A stretch of 63,631 bases of DNA, counting the filler, from Intoshia linei (lineage: Eukaryota; Animalia; Orthonectida), in assembly GCA_001642005.1 (NCBI GenBank). It is 9 parts of 9 records of this genome, joined end to end, with 100 filler letters (N's around TTAATTAATTAA, not from the genome) between each part and the next. Parts side by side here need not be neighbours in the genome. Positions count along the whole stretch, not along the records: positions 1 to 20,038 come from LWCA01000704.1; 8 more parts are not named here. One strand, 5' to 3'. The stretch's first letter is position 1. Each line of letters opens with the position of its first letter. Both the position numbers and the translations under genes were made by a program. Under the pieces are notes generated by a model. That model saw only the letters and a program-made list of their open reading frames with translations. It did not search any database and had not been told where the DNA came from. Positions 1 through 13,600 of the stretch are shown here, in pieces.

Positions 1-461
1 GATCAATGATATGGCCATGGTCATTTCTTGGGAATCAATGTCAACAATTAACCCATTTTCAAAAGAATAATTAATTGCGCGAAATTAACATTCATGAACC
101 AGAAAGAATATCTTACAAATGATGTTACCAATGTCAAAAATGCTCCTTCTGTTAATGACCCAGCGGAAAGAACATTAATGAAATTCAAGAAAGCCATTAC
201 TATATCTAATATAGAAGACGAATGACAAAAAATAGTATCAATAATGAATGTTTTCAATAATAATGATTTATAATATTGTAAATGTATTATAATAAAGTTA
301 TTTCTTGAAAATTTTCTGAAATTTTTAATGTCTTCCTGCGGACTCAATCCTTAATTATATATATTAAAATTGAGCCATTCTTAATAATTTATTGATGTGA
401 ACCGAATTAGCCCTTAGCGGCAAGCAAAATATAAAAAAAAATGTAAAATGTTGACACCCTA
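1..461 (+). mobile_element. 3' remnant of a hATm-type hAT transposon (C-terminal transposase fragment plus right terminus)
   Basis: Plus frame from ~100 reads EYLTNDVTNVKNAPSVNDPAERTLMKFKK...IEDE*QKIV, resembling the hATm C-terminal VVNDxAERxxK motif. Ends in GACACCCTA (453-461), the reverse complement of the TAGGGTGTC terminus seen at 25780. Confidence 0.65.
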
Positions 462-3066
462 ATGTACATTGTACACTTTACATATGATAAATTTGGCAAT
501 TTAGTAAATGGTATTTATAAATATATTTTAAATTTTTTAATAAATTGAATTGTTTATACCATAGTGAGTTTCGGGTTTCAGTGAATGTTGATTGAGTGAA
601 AATAAAATGTAATTTACTAGATACATATAGAATGGATATTATGTAGATTCTACTAAAATTAAAGAAAAATGAATTTAATTAAAAAAGTTGTTTCTAAATC
701 AATGGTTCCCAAAATTTTGGGAACCACAGGTCTAAATAATATTACCAGTTAGTATTTTAACGTTTTTGGTTAAATATTGAAACTTTCCTCAAAACCGGCA
801 ATAGTATGCACACCTAGAGCCGTTGCTTTAAGAAAAATATCCAGTTTTCCGAGTTATAATTAAAAAAATATTTTAACGGTATTGCTGCATATTCAATAAA
901 TAAAATTATTATGTTTCAAATAACCTTGACCATAAAACACATGCTTCAGTTTAATTGAAACTTCCTACGGTGGTAACATACATATATAATTATAATATAT
1001 AATATTATTCTATAGATAAAAGTAAATATGTTCACATCTTATTTATAGAAAATAGTCTTTTTACACTGAGAATAATTATTAAAAATAGTTACATTAATAT
1101 GTACAACTGTTTTTTGATTTCAAGTAACAATACGAAACTTATTGTACATTTAACAATACATTCACAATATTATTGAACATGTATAACTATTTATTTTTAG
1201 ATTGTACATTTTAATATTATTGAAACAATTAAATTATATACAAATAATTTAATACAATATAATGTATATACTAATAATTATTATTATAATTAATTCTATA
1301 ACCCGGCGTTCGATTTATTGGATTATTAAATTAAAAACTTAAAATATAATAAAAATATTATATTATAATATGGATTAAAAAGATTATTATCATGTGAAGC
1401 ATACATCCATGTAATAATTTTTAATATATAGGTTGTAATATTATATACATGATTTGTCTTTTTTGTTTTATTTAAAAATGTTTACATAAATTAGTCAGTA
1501 AACATATAAAATAAATGTACTGTATAATAATGAATGATAATTATAATTTTTATTATTACCATTATACACATTATTTGTATTTTTATTTTATTTTGTACAT
1601 GTAAACCAGAATTCTCAATTTTTCTCACATTACAGAGTAGTTACCCCTTACAAATCTATTTTATAAATTATCTATCCTAGCTACAGTAATTGAGGCAATG
1701 CCATTGACAATATATAACTATTTAAAAATTAGCTCCAAATCCTCACCCAGTTTTCACCAAGCACCATCTATAAAATGGTCTCACATTGGAAACATCGCTT
1801 TAAAATGATATTTATCAGCCAAGTCTAAAATTAAAATAAAAATGTATCTAACAGGCAGTAAATTTATAAATTAAATTATTTAGAAAAGCGATATATATTC
1901 ATTAACCTGTGTACTATGTAGTCCTGTGTATTTAAAATAATATAAGTAGCCATATGGTAAACATGGAAGTTTTTATTGTTTATGTAATGTTTCAATTTTT
2001 AAAATGACCACTTTTTCAAACTTTTTATATTTGAAAAATTCAAAATTTAAAAAATTACATTAATGAACATTAACTTTATAAATTTATATTGTAATGATAA
2101 GCAAAATAAATCATGCGTAAGAGTGACTTATAAGGCAAATTTTTGAATGTGTGTGGTTATGTAACCACTCTTTTGTGTATAAAAAATATAAATATAGTCA
2201 TATAAAAAAATTATTCAGCGAGGGCAAATTAATTAATTAATATTAATAATAAGAAATTTTAGAAAATATATTATTCCCGCATTTAAATCATTGAAAAAGG
2301 GGTACAGATTATGGAATAAAATTCATTAATAGAATTAGACTTTACCAACAATAGAAAAAGTTATTAGTAAAATCTATAAGGTGCAACAAATTAACAATGG
2401 AGAACAATTGTCCCTAATAATTCCAATTGTAGTCAGTGAGATATTCTAATGATGGACTCAGCAGAATATACCAGTTTAAAATTCTTTACGCAAATGTTAA
2501 CAAAAAAATTAAGATAAAATAATTCACTTTAACGTAAAAAGTAATGTGATGTGACGGTTCCGCCATCATTAATATATAACAATATTTTATAATTATTTTC
2601 TAAAAAATAATTTTTTTTTTTTATATTTCATTTTTTTAAACAATTTTAAAGTCCAAAAATCCACGCTATTAATTACAGACCTATAATTTGATTATATAAA
2701 ATTTAAAAATTTTTCGATAATTTGTGTTTTCCGCAACATTATAAGTGTTTGGGTACAAAGGTTTGCTTGAAAAAAATTTGTTTCGTTATATAGTGTAATA
2801 ACTTTTGGTACGTATTAATTTTTTTATCCAGATTTCATACGTGTCAAATTACTAATTTACATGTTAATTAATATGTTAATAATGTTATGCACTTTAGAAT
2901 GTAAATAACAAATGATCAATATTATAATTTAGTGTGGTTCAAAAAATTTGATAGACATTTTGACTATCTTATGGACAAATTTTGTGACATTGTCATTTTT
3001 GAAAAAAATATTTAAATTGAAACATGGCAACTTCACATCAATATCTTTTTTTCTTCTTCTTAAATA

Positions 3067-3333
3067 CAGTATTCTCTCTATAACTCGTCATTTTTGGGAT
3101 TTAGAAAAAGTTGGCGAGATAGGTTATTTGGCGATATAGATAATTTAAAACTATAGAAACAGCAGATGAAACCTTTAAATTAAATTTTAAATTACATTAA
3201 AATGTTGCACAATAAATTGTAATACAAATTGTAAAATAACTTAACTTATTTTGAAGAATTGTTTTAAAACTTTTAGTTTATATTTTAAATTAATGGCGAG
3301 TTATAGAGTTGGCGAGTTGTGGAGAGAATACTG
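3067..3333. mobile_element. pogo/Tigger-type MITE
   Basis: TA|CAGTATTCTCTCTATAACTCGTCA ... TGGCGAGTTGTGGAGAGAATACTG|TA: ~24-bp TIRs and TA target duplication. Confidence 0.75.
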
Positions 3334-3384
3334 TAGTATTATTTCGAAATATACTTAATATTACATAAATGAATCAATCGCAAA

Positions 3385-3432
3385 CTAATCGTCTTTAAAA
3401 TTCTCAAATTTTGGAAAAAATATAAAACGGTA
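3385..3432. repeat. degenerate hATm-type terminus (other copies end at 4490, 7933, 9383, 20564, 26573)
   Basis: Gap-free alignment to the reverse complement of the 25780 TIR (TCGTCxxxAAAATTCTCAAATTTTxGAAAAAATGTGACACCCTA). Confidence 0.65.
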
Positions 3433-3435
3433 ATG

Positions 3436-3635
3436 CAGTGATTCTCAATAGTTTTGGTTTTTTGTCACTTTCATATACAAATATGTGTTATAAAATGATA
3501 TCGATTCATATTATAATGGTTTCCAAATGTGATATTAGAAACAATTTTATGATGCGGCCCTCCACGTATTTGAGTTTGACATAAATGTTTACATGGTATT
3601 TGCCAAACTGTGGTAAAAAAGTTTGAGATTAACTG
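3436..3635. mobile_element. Buster/Charlie-type hAT MITE
   Basis: CAGTGATTCTCAA...TTGAGATTAACTG ends; 8-bp TSD CGGTAATG/CCGTAATG. Confidence 0.65.
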
Positions 3636-6600
3636 CCGTAATGTATATAATTTTGATAATTTTTAATAATAATTATCATATAGTGGATAATATTATATAT
3701 ACAGGAAGTTTATATGATATTTATTATTGACTTATTATAATTTACTTTTTAAAATATCTCATAATACTTTTACCAAATAGGTAGTATACTTTATTATATT
3801 TTATAGACTTAGTTAAATATTTTATGCATATACACGTACAAATATAAATAAATGTACATTGTACATTGTACTCTGAGTTTAGGAGCCACTCCTTTAAAGG
3901 AATAATAATATAAGAGAGTAGCATTTTGAAGTCAGATTGATTGAATTTAGTTTTTTGCTAGAATTAAAAAAATTCGCCTTCGGCATAACTAACTACTGTT
4001 TGTACAATGTAAATAACGGTTAACCTAATATAGCTATGCAGTTTCAAAAATATAATATTGATTTTTATCTTATTGTACAATATGTATAAAGTAAAATTAG
4101 CGTAATTCATTTTATCAAATATAATGATAGAGAGTAAATTATTTTATTAACAATTGTAAATAAATAAATAATTTTAATTAAATTAAATAATTATTATTAT
4201 TTGAGCTAGAAACAAATTTAAAACAATAAACTGTATAACTAAACATAAAGAACAATATTATAAAGTCGGTACCACGTTTAAAAGCTCAAACGCCAATTTC
4301 CGTTATAATAAAGTTAAGTTTTAATTTCTCCAGAATATTTTTACAGTGATATTTAAAATGACAAACGCAACTCGAATAAATAGCGTTAAATGTTTTTGAT
4401 TGCGAATTAGTTTTTCTATTTTAAAATCACACACTTTTAGTGTTAATTGCCCATCAAATTCTAAAATTTTCGAAAAAATGTGACACCCTAAACAGCATAG
4501 TACAGAAATTTAAACAGTTCTTATATGTATTACAGATAAAAATTCAAATTGAAATACATTCTTAAAAAAAATAAAAAAAATAAAAAAAATAACAAAAAGT
4601 GCAATTTATTTACAAAAAAGCATAACAATTACCATGATTTGTCACTTACAGACAGTGTCAATTGTCGCTTACAAAAATGTACTTAACTATGGACGCATTA
4701 GTAAACATTTACAACTGAACAACTGTTCTTATAGAGTGTTCTTGTAGGAAGATTTTAGTGTATCTCATTTCACTCACTTTCACCAACGCCAGTTTATGTA
4801 AAGCTGCCAGATTAAAAACGTATTAAAAACGTAATCATATTACTTAGTTACAAAATTATAATGTTGAATTGGAATTTTACTAGTTTTTAGTTTTAAACTA
4901 AATAAAATACAATTATAAATTAAAATTTAATTTAAATATTTTATTATTTGAATTGTAAATGATTTCACATTATTTGAATTAATCGTATATCGTAGCGTAT
5001 TACATTTTAAAAATTATTAAAGTTTATTATAATAAACTTATATTTTTAGTACGTTTTTATCAGTGCTGCCTAAAACTTACTTTTACAAAAAAAACGTACT
5101 GGCAGCTTTAGTTTATGAGATGTTTTCACTATAAAAAGGTAAAGCAAATACATAAACATACATTTTAGAAAGTAAATTAATTATAATTATTGTATATTAT
5201 CAAATATGTCCTTCGTTAATTATATTATCAATCATTAGTATTTAAATTAACTGTATGTAATGTTATATTATTCTATATTAATATTCAGTTGGTAAAAAAA
5301 TATTATGAAATTTTTTAAATATTGGTATTATTAGTGATAATAGTGTTATTATATCTTGCATAAAGTTATAATTTGTTTCATCACACTGCATTTAATAAAT
5401 TTTCCATCATATATGACATATTTTATTTTTCTTCACATTTCTCTCTAAAAATGGATCATAGTGTTTTTATTAACATGAATTAAATAGTTTTATTTCAAAG
5501 ATTTGAATGTGGTAAGTAAGTTACACACTACAACATTTTTCGAAGTAATTTGTATATATTTTGTCTAATTTATAACACTTTGTAACTGATACTCTTCTAA
5601 CTCGATTGACATGGTATCAGTATTTGGTGGCTTCCACGTTCCAAAACATTATTTGTAAACACATTTTAATAAAATAATTTAGTAGCATCGTCACCGAACG
5701 CGCGATTGAACCACCATTCCGACCCACTTGTTTGAATAATATCGTTTTATGTAGTTTGGTCATAATATTGGGTAGCATAAATATATAATATACTATTTAG
5801 GAAGTAGACTAATCAATTTTTTATAATTTGAATACAATGACATGAAATATTTTAGATATATATTATAAATACATATGTATATCATATAAATATATTATAA
5901 TTTGTAATATTATCAACTTTAGATAGTAATAATATATTTTAATATAATAATGTTACATGTACATTGAAATTGGAACAGTAAATTTATAACATTAATATTT
6001 ATCATAATGTTGATAATTTTAAATTTTTTACAAATTTTGTATTTTTTATAAATCTAAGACACGTTTCAATTAATAAAAATCGATAATTGGGGATTTTAAT
6101 CTTGAAGAACTCAATTTTTGACAATCAAATTTGACATAAAACATCACTCTCAAAAACTGTAATAGTAATAATAAATTTTTAAAACTCGACCCCTCTTACT
6201 TTCTTATATAAACTAGGACAAACAAATACATAAACAGACATACATTTTAAACTAAATGACTTGGTATAAGTAAGGATTAATCGTTATAAATTTTTATAGA
6301 TTGCCAAGCCTAGTAACTACATAAATGTGTATTTTATGATGTTACAAATTTTTAGAAAGTTTCTATTGTAAATTAAATGTTTAATTTTCCATTACATGTA
6401 TTTTACAATTAAATTTTGATTTTTCGCTATGAATCTTTACATGAACTGAGTTGCATATTTTGAGATAGTCAATACAAATAATATGTACATATATATACAT
6501 GTATATATCACATTATTTTCAATAAAAATTTAGAAGGTAAATAACATTAATTCAACTACATATTACCTATTAACATATTTAAAACTTAATAATTGATAAA

Positions 6601-7936
6601 TTAAAATTATTAATTAGATTCTTTATTAATTTTAGATTAATCAATTTAGACTGTAATTATAATTTTATTTTCAAAATTATTACTGCCGTCTAAATCAAAT
6701 CTAGGTTTATAAAATTATGCTAGAAAAATATACATATTAATAGTATATAAAACAGTATATTAATATTAAATTAAAACATTGTTTTAATAGTACGCGTTAA
6801 TCTCTGCAACACAATTATATTAAATACATAATAGTAGGTAAAATTCAATATTTTATAATATTATTATATATTCAATATTAAATTAAATAATTAAATATTT
6901 ATATAAAATTACACAGTTGGTAAATTAAACTTAATAAAAATATGATTGACTTTAAATTATACTTTTCATCGTGATATTAATAAAATATTATTACTAATAA
7001 GATATTATTAATTTGATGTTATCAACATTAATATGACTGAGATATATTCAAAATTATTTATGGTATATTTATTCTTGGTTAGAGAGTAGATTCAAATATA
7101 TTATTCCTATTTACATTAAATCAAAAATATATAAAAAATAAAACTAATTATTTATTTATTAATTGTTAGAAATTAGTAAATTGATATAAAATAAAATAGA
7201 CAGAATTTTTATAATTCTCACAATATCTCAATAATTTCAAACGCTCAAGAAACCAAGTTTTTAAATACTCCCTTAATACCGACATATCATATAATTAATC
7301 TCTAATTATATAGAAAGTAATTGTTTTTTACTAATCATAATCATATTATTACAAATCTTATGTTTCTAAAATAGGCGGTAATGATTTGATATTTACTTTA
7401 ATTTATTGAAAATAGCTTTAATGATTAAAGTTTAATCAATTAAAATATTATTCCATTATCATTAATAATTGTAAATGTAATAGAAGGTAATCTAACATAA
7501 TTTATCCAGAAATTAATAATGATTATTATTAATAACGATTTAAAAAAAGTATTACATTATACTACTTTATTATATTAAGTATATATTATATACGATACAT
7601 ATTTATTAGATTTTAAAGGATCTAAACCATCTTTAAAACCCAAAATAAATGTTGTATTGTCAAATTCGAAAAATAATCATATATAATAAAATATGGGGCC
7701 AACATAAATTTTCAATAACCATGAATATTTGGTTATTTATCGTTATGACTCGAATAAAGTTCTGTTTTTATTTTTCCATAATATTTATATATCAAAGAAT
7801 TAAAATGACGACCCACATGAATATCTATTTTTAAATATTATATTTCAAACTATTCTTAGTGTTACATAAATGAACAGATTGTGATCTAATCGTTCTTAAC
7901 ATTATCAAATTTTGGAAAATATTGGACACTCTAATG

Positions 7937-8232
7937 CAGGGGTCGGCAACCTTTTGCATCCAGTAAGCCACTTTTTTTAAATTAAAAGATTATAGGGCCC
8001 GGTTTTGAAAATTTAAACATAATATATTTCAATTATTACTAAAGTAAAACGGTTATAATATATTCAACAAATAAAATCCAGGGTGATCTGAAAATTCAGT
8101 ATTAAAATGATAATGAGCCAATTATAGTAGAAAATGTTTAAGTCAGTATTTAAAATTTAAAAATAAATAATGTACACATTTACTGAAAGAACCAACAAAA
8201 TTATTCTGTGGGCCACTGGTTGGCGACCCCTG
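7937..8232. mobile_element. Buster/Charlie-type hAT MITE
   Basis: TIRs CAGGGGTCGGCAACC / GGTTGGCGACCCCTG; perfect 8-bp TSD CTCTAATG (7929-7936, 8233-8240). Confidence 0.9.
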
Positions 8233-8681
8233 CTCTAATGCGCATATATAATTATCTTGTTAATATCTGATATTATTAAATTCATTTTTGTATGCTGCAA
8301 AATTTTGACATGTAATAACTTATAAATGCGACAAATAACAGTATAGACCGTAGCTTTAGTCTACGATAAATCGTGTCAAAGATACATTATTTAATTTATA
8401 CTTTAATTTACAGAAAGTATAGTTTTTATATATTAATTTAAAATCTTATAAAAAAAATTAAATGAGAATCAAAATTGTAAAATACGCCTATAATGCTTAA
8501 TTATAGAATGTAAATTCATTGAAAAAATTTAAATTATTATATATACTACATTCTTTATATTATATGATTTATTTATTGATTATGATTTATATTATTTTAT
8601 TAATGTGTAAATAAAATATAGGCTGTAATGATTTTTTGAATATAATAATAATATTTACAATGTATTTTCTGTATTTTAAAT

Positions 8682-9080
8682 CAGGGTGGTCCAAAGCGTG
8701 ACCATCGGGCCGCATACAGTCTGGCAAATTGTTTTTTAGTATATTTTAAAAAATATTGACTTACAGAAATATGATAATTCCCGCATTACCTATAATTAAT
8801 TTAAATTTTTTAGAAATAATTATGTCTTCCTGTACTAATTATTCACAACTTCTTACTTTTTGGATCTTTTGTACTACTATGACTTTATATAATAATAATT
8901 ATATTTTTAATTGGCGGAATATTCATATGATGATACTCGCAGTAATTTTCTGATTACTCTGTGAAATTTTTACTTTTTTTACTCACATTTGCCTTTTGAG
9001 TATATTTTTAATGTTGTGACCCGCAAAATTTAAAAAATTTATTTTTTGGCCTTCACTGGTTATGAGTTTGAATGGCCCTA
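8682..9080. mobile_element. hAT MITE
   Basis: CAGGGTGGTCCAAA...TTTGAATGGCCCTA ends; TSD TTTTAAAT/TTTTAGAT. Confidence 0.6.
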
Positions 9081-10674
9081 TTTTAGATTATAGAAAATGA
9101 GGTCGTTAGTAGTAATATAATAAACATGACAACCATTCAGAGCTCTAAAATTCCATACTTTTATTTTATTAAACAGCCAGATAATTGTACTGTTGAACAA
9201 AGTCTATATTTAAATTAATAAATCAATAATGTCAGTTTAATTTTTCTATAATATTTAAGATAATCAAATACACATCGTTACTGTTATATTTTTATAGTGC
9301 ATATTATATAATTACTTAAATCAAGCGACTAAGAACTAAAAGTTCTTAAAATTCTCAAATTTTTTAAAAAATGTGACACTCTAAAAGTATATAATAGTAT
9401 ATTAATTATTTATCATATGCAGCTAGTAAATTTAATAATCTACTAATTGTATTTTTGAATCTAATTTATGAAATAAATTTCTAATTTTAGGTTGTAATTT
9501 TTAATCTTAGCAATTAAGTGATATTAATGTCACAATAAAAACCAGATAAAAATTATATTATTATACAATTCAAATGTTAATTGTGGTTATTATAAATTAT
9601 AATAGTAAAATGGATGCATATTAAAAAATATTAATATAGTATGTAAATTTAAATAATATTGAAATATTAATTTATATATATATTAATAATAATTACATAT
9701 TATCAATATGCATTGTTTACTTTATAAACTCAAAATTGTTAATGTTTAAATTCTTAATATATAAAATTAGGTTGTAAAATTTAATTTGTATACATGTACT
9801 ATAAAATAATGTTAACAGAAATTGGCATACTTTTAAATGACATAAAATTAACTTTCACTGCAAACGCAGAATACAAATAAAAATTACTTGGAATTTTAAA
9901 ATTTTATCTACTTAATTGACCATTGTTTTTGTAATTTCAAATATTGCCAAAACTAAGTTACTAAAAAGTATTCATATTTTTACATCTATTTTAGAAATTA
10001 TTGGAATAAAGCAAAATTCACTATTTTGTCATTAAAATATTATTTATTTTACAAATTAGACATAATTTATAGCGCACTATCAAAAGATCCTAAATAACAT
10101 AATCGTAAATCAAATGATTGTAAAAAATAAACTTCATAAGTAAACTAAATATACTAAATTGAATTGGATAAAAAATATTATTTTTTTTGTAATATGGTTT
10201 GTAGGTATAATATGGTATCTTAATATTTCAGTTTTAACTTAGGTCTGTAGTCTAAACTAAATGAACTAATTAATAAATTATTTAATGTAAACTTGAACAA
10301 AATAAATATGATCTTTTGATTTACGATATTTTGAACGGACACGATAATTTATATACACAGTATCATAATCAAGTACATTCAATTATTTCCATACTAATGT
10401 AATTAATATGTTGTGATGTTGAGAAAAACTGATAGCAAAGATGGATCCAAAAATTTTAAAATAAAATTTTAGCCAACATACACAGTACATCCTCAAAATA
10501 TTTTCCAAAAGTCAAGTATATATATCCAACAATTCTAGTTTTTTTTATTTTGTTTTAAAAATAGTGGATAGGCTCAAACCATACTGAAATTAAATATAAA
10601 CTACCAATAAATAAATTATTTTATTTTGAAAAGTAAAATAAAATTATAAACATGAAATGACATAAAAAACATAA

Positions 10675-13600
10675 TCAAACTAAAAAATTAAAATAAAACA
10701 ATTGAGCTTCTTTTTCAAGGTGAGATAGTTCATATAATGCAGACGAAATTTCTTCTCTTTTAAGGTTATCACCAGATTCATGGAGTTCTTCTCGTTTGAG
10801 TATTTCTCCATACTTGATATTACAGTTTGATTTGGAAATAGTTTCGTCAAGTTCACCCATTAATGGTAATTTAGAATTAAAATCTTGTATAAAACTAATA
10901 GTTTCCCCTATATGCTCTTCGATTTCAGACAACAAAGATAATTCGTCGTACCATATACAACAACCACCTTGATCGACCAATCGAGTATTTTGACAATTTC
11001 TACCACGATTCATGCATTTGTGGTACCATACTTTTTCCTTTTCTTGAGCAACTAAACTTATCGCAATTCCGATCCTAAATAATGTATTTTAATTTTAACA
11101 ACTGCATACAACATATTATTTAATACGAATATATTTCAAATGATTATTATTGATAATAATCATCGATTAATACTATTTATATCATTCATAATAATAAATA
11201 GATCAGAATGATTAATTAATCGAAACCCTCCCAAAAGTAATTAATTTTGATACCCGCCACAGTACTATAAATTTAATATAAATTCCATCGCATAATAATG
11301 AAAAATGTGTAACCTATCCGCTCGGCCAACTCTTCCAATTCTATGTAAATAATTCTGTTTCTCGTCTGGCAACGTAACATTCAAAACTAAAAAAATAATA
11401 TTATAATAGTATATAATTCAAGTATTAAAAATTTTCTGTAATATAGTTTATACCAAAAAATAAAACTAAACATCAGTATTCGATAGGGATCACGTGATTA
11501 ACATAAACGATGACTGGTTTTAGAATGAAAAATTATATATGCAATGCATTTACGAAATTATTTTTTAGGGATACATGGTATTTACATTCTGCTAAATCGG
11601 TTAACCAATTACCTCTATAAAATTATTAAAAATTACCACAGGGTAATTCTTTGATATCTATTCCTCTAGCAGCGACATCAGTGCAAACCAAAAAATTTGT
11701 CTGACCGGTCTATAAATACAAGATAAAATCAAAACAAATGATATTTTTAAATAAATTACATCAGATTTAAATAATTTTTACGTTAATATTAAAAAACTCA
11801 ATTTACATTATCAATACCGCCATAAATATAGAAACACCAAAATGGCCATATTGAGAGATTCTACTGTACTTTATAATAATAATAATAATAACATCGAATT
11901 ATCATTAATTTTAAATTTGTTTTAAAAATTAAAAATATTTACTGTAAAGTTCTTCAAATTAACATTCCTTTCCATATTTGCTTTTCCTGAATGCAAAGCA
12001 AAACTTTTCAAGTTCAAATTATCTAGAAAACTGAGTAAAAAAATTTAATTTTGTATTAATAGCAATGTATGAACCCTATGTCGTAGACCAAATAGAGATA
12101 TATGAGGAAATGCTCATCACTCAAATATGTACAACCAATCACAATCAAAATTATCTATTATATAACAGATTTTAGTGATATCTCAGCATCACTAGGCATA
12201 ATTTATCTAGTCATACATCATTAGAAAAGCGATAATATAATATTTGAACAAAAAATACATTTTCTTTATTGAATAAATTTATCTAACGATATACATTCTA
12301 TATTATAAAACATAGGTTCTTAACTTGGATGCCGGCACCCTGTGGGCGTCAAACCAGTTTTTGGGGTGCCATAAAATTTTTTAATAAAACTCATTTTACA
12401 GCTACATTTTTTAAATTTTAATAAAGTTTCGAAAATAAAGTTACATTATATTTATTAATATAACATTTTTAAATATTAAATATTTGAATATATATTAGGG
12501 TGTCCACCTTTTTTTATTAGAAAACCCATTTTACACAAGGATGCCTTTTTTCATTTTAAGCATTTATCAAAAAAAATAAAATGGGTTAATATTAACAGAT
12601 ACTAAAATAAATCATTAATAAATCGTACAAACTAGTTTTTTTTATGTTCAGGTTTTTTTTAATTCAAATTTAAACCAATTTCAGCGAACAATTTTTTATT
12701 ATCATAGTTATATTATTAACTTTTTTCAATTTAAGTTTATTATATTTTTGGTGGTGCCAAATCGAATTTTATTAAATTAAGGGTACCATGATGGTATTAC
12801 CATGTGGAAAAAGGTTAAGAACCCATGTTATAGAACATAATACAAATTTCCTTGTAAATGTATTTTAAAATTTAATTTTAATATTAAAGGTTCATGATAG
12901 ACATACTCTGCACAAAAATTACTAAAACTTAAAAAAAAAACATGTAAATTGACTTACATTATCATTTAGTTACAATTATAATTACGTGTCCGAAAGTGAT
13001 CATTTAAAAAAGAATTCATGTTATCACAATCCACACGAGTACGGCAAAATATAATAGCTTTTTCAAGTTTGAAACGTTTAATCAAAGTTATTGTTGCTTC
13101 CAATTTAAGATATTTAATTTTTTTAGATAAAGCTTCTAAAATTGTATTTTAAATTAAATTAATAAAAATGAAAAAAGTAACCTTTCGCTGTGGAATTAAT
13201 ATTGAACGTTTCCCTATCATGAACACCATCAATTTGACAATTGGCAATAGAAGGCAGTAATTTAACAGGATCAATTTTAACAATCAATTGATGAATTGTA
13301 TCCGGCACGCTATCCTTCCCTTTTAAATCAATCCATGTAGGAAAATGCATATTACTTTCCTAAAAAACACTATAAATATTAATTACAAGAATTTCCATTT
13401 ATTATCACATTATTTTTTAAAATGTTTTCGAAGAATCACACTTTTTTCAAACCTGCAACGTGACACCGAAAAAAGTTTGGCGACACTGGGTTCATGACAA
13501 CATAATTAATTTCAATAAATAATATACAATTTTAACTATGATACAATTTTAGCACAAGTTGAAACTCAATAAATTAACGTCAGCTGTCGTCGACAGCCTG

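Noticed and set aside
1681-1809. Possible orphan terminal exon (TVIEAMPLTIYNYLK...IALK*)
   Set aside because: Short, no partner exons or homology; within chance expectation.
2948-8953. 60-65 aa ORFs in the track rich in F/I/L/K/N/Y (and similar ones elsewhere)
   Set aside because: Composition simply mirrors AT-rich non-coding or MITE sequence; many elsewhere are antisense shadows of real exons.
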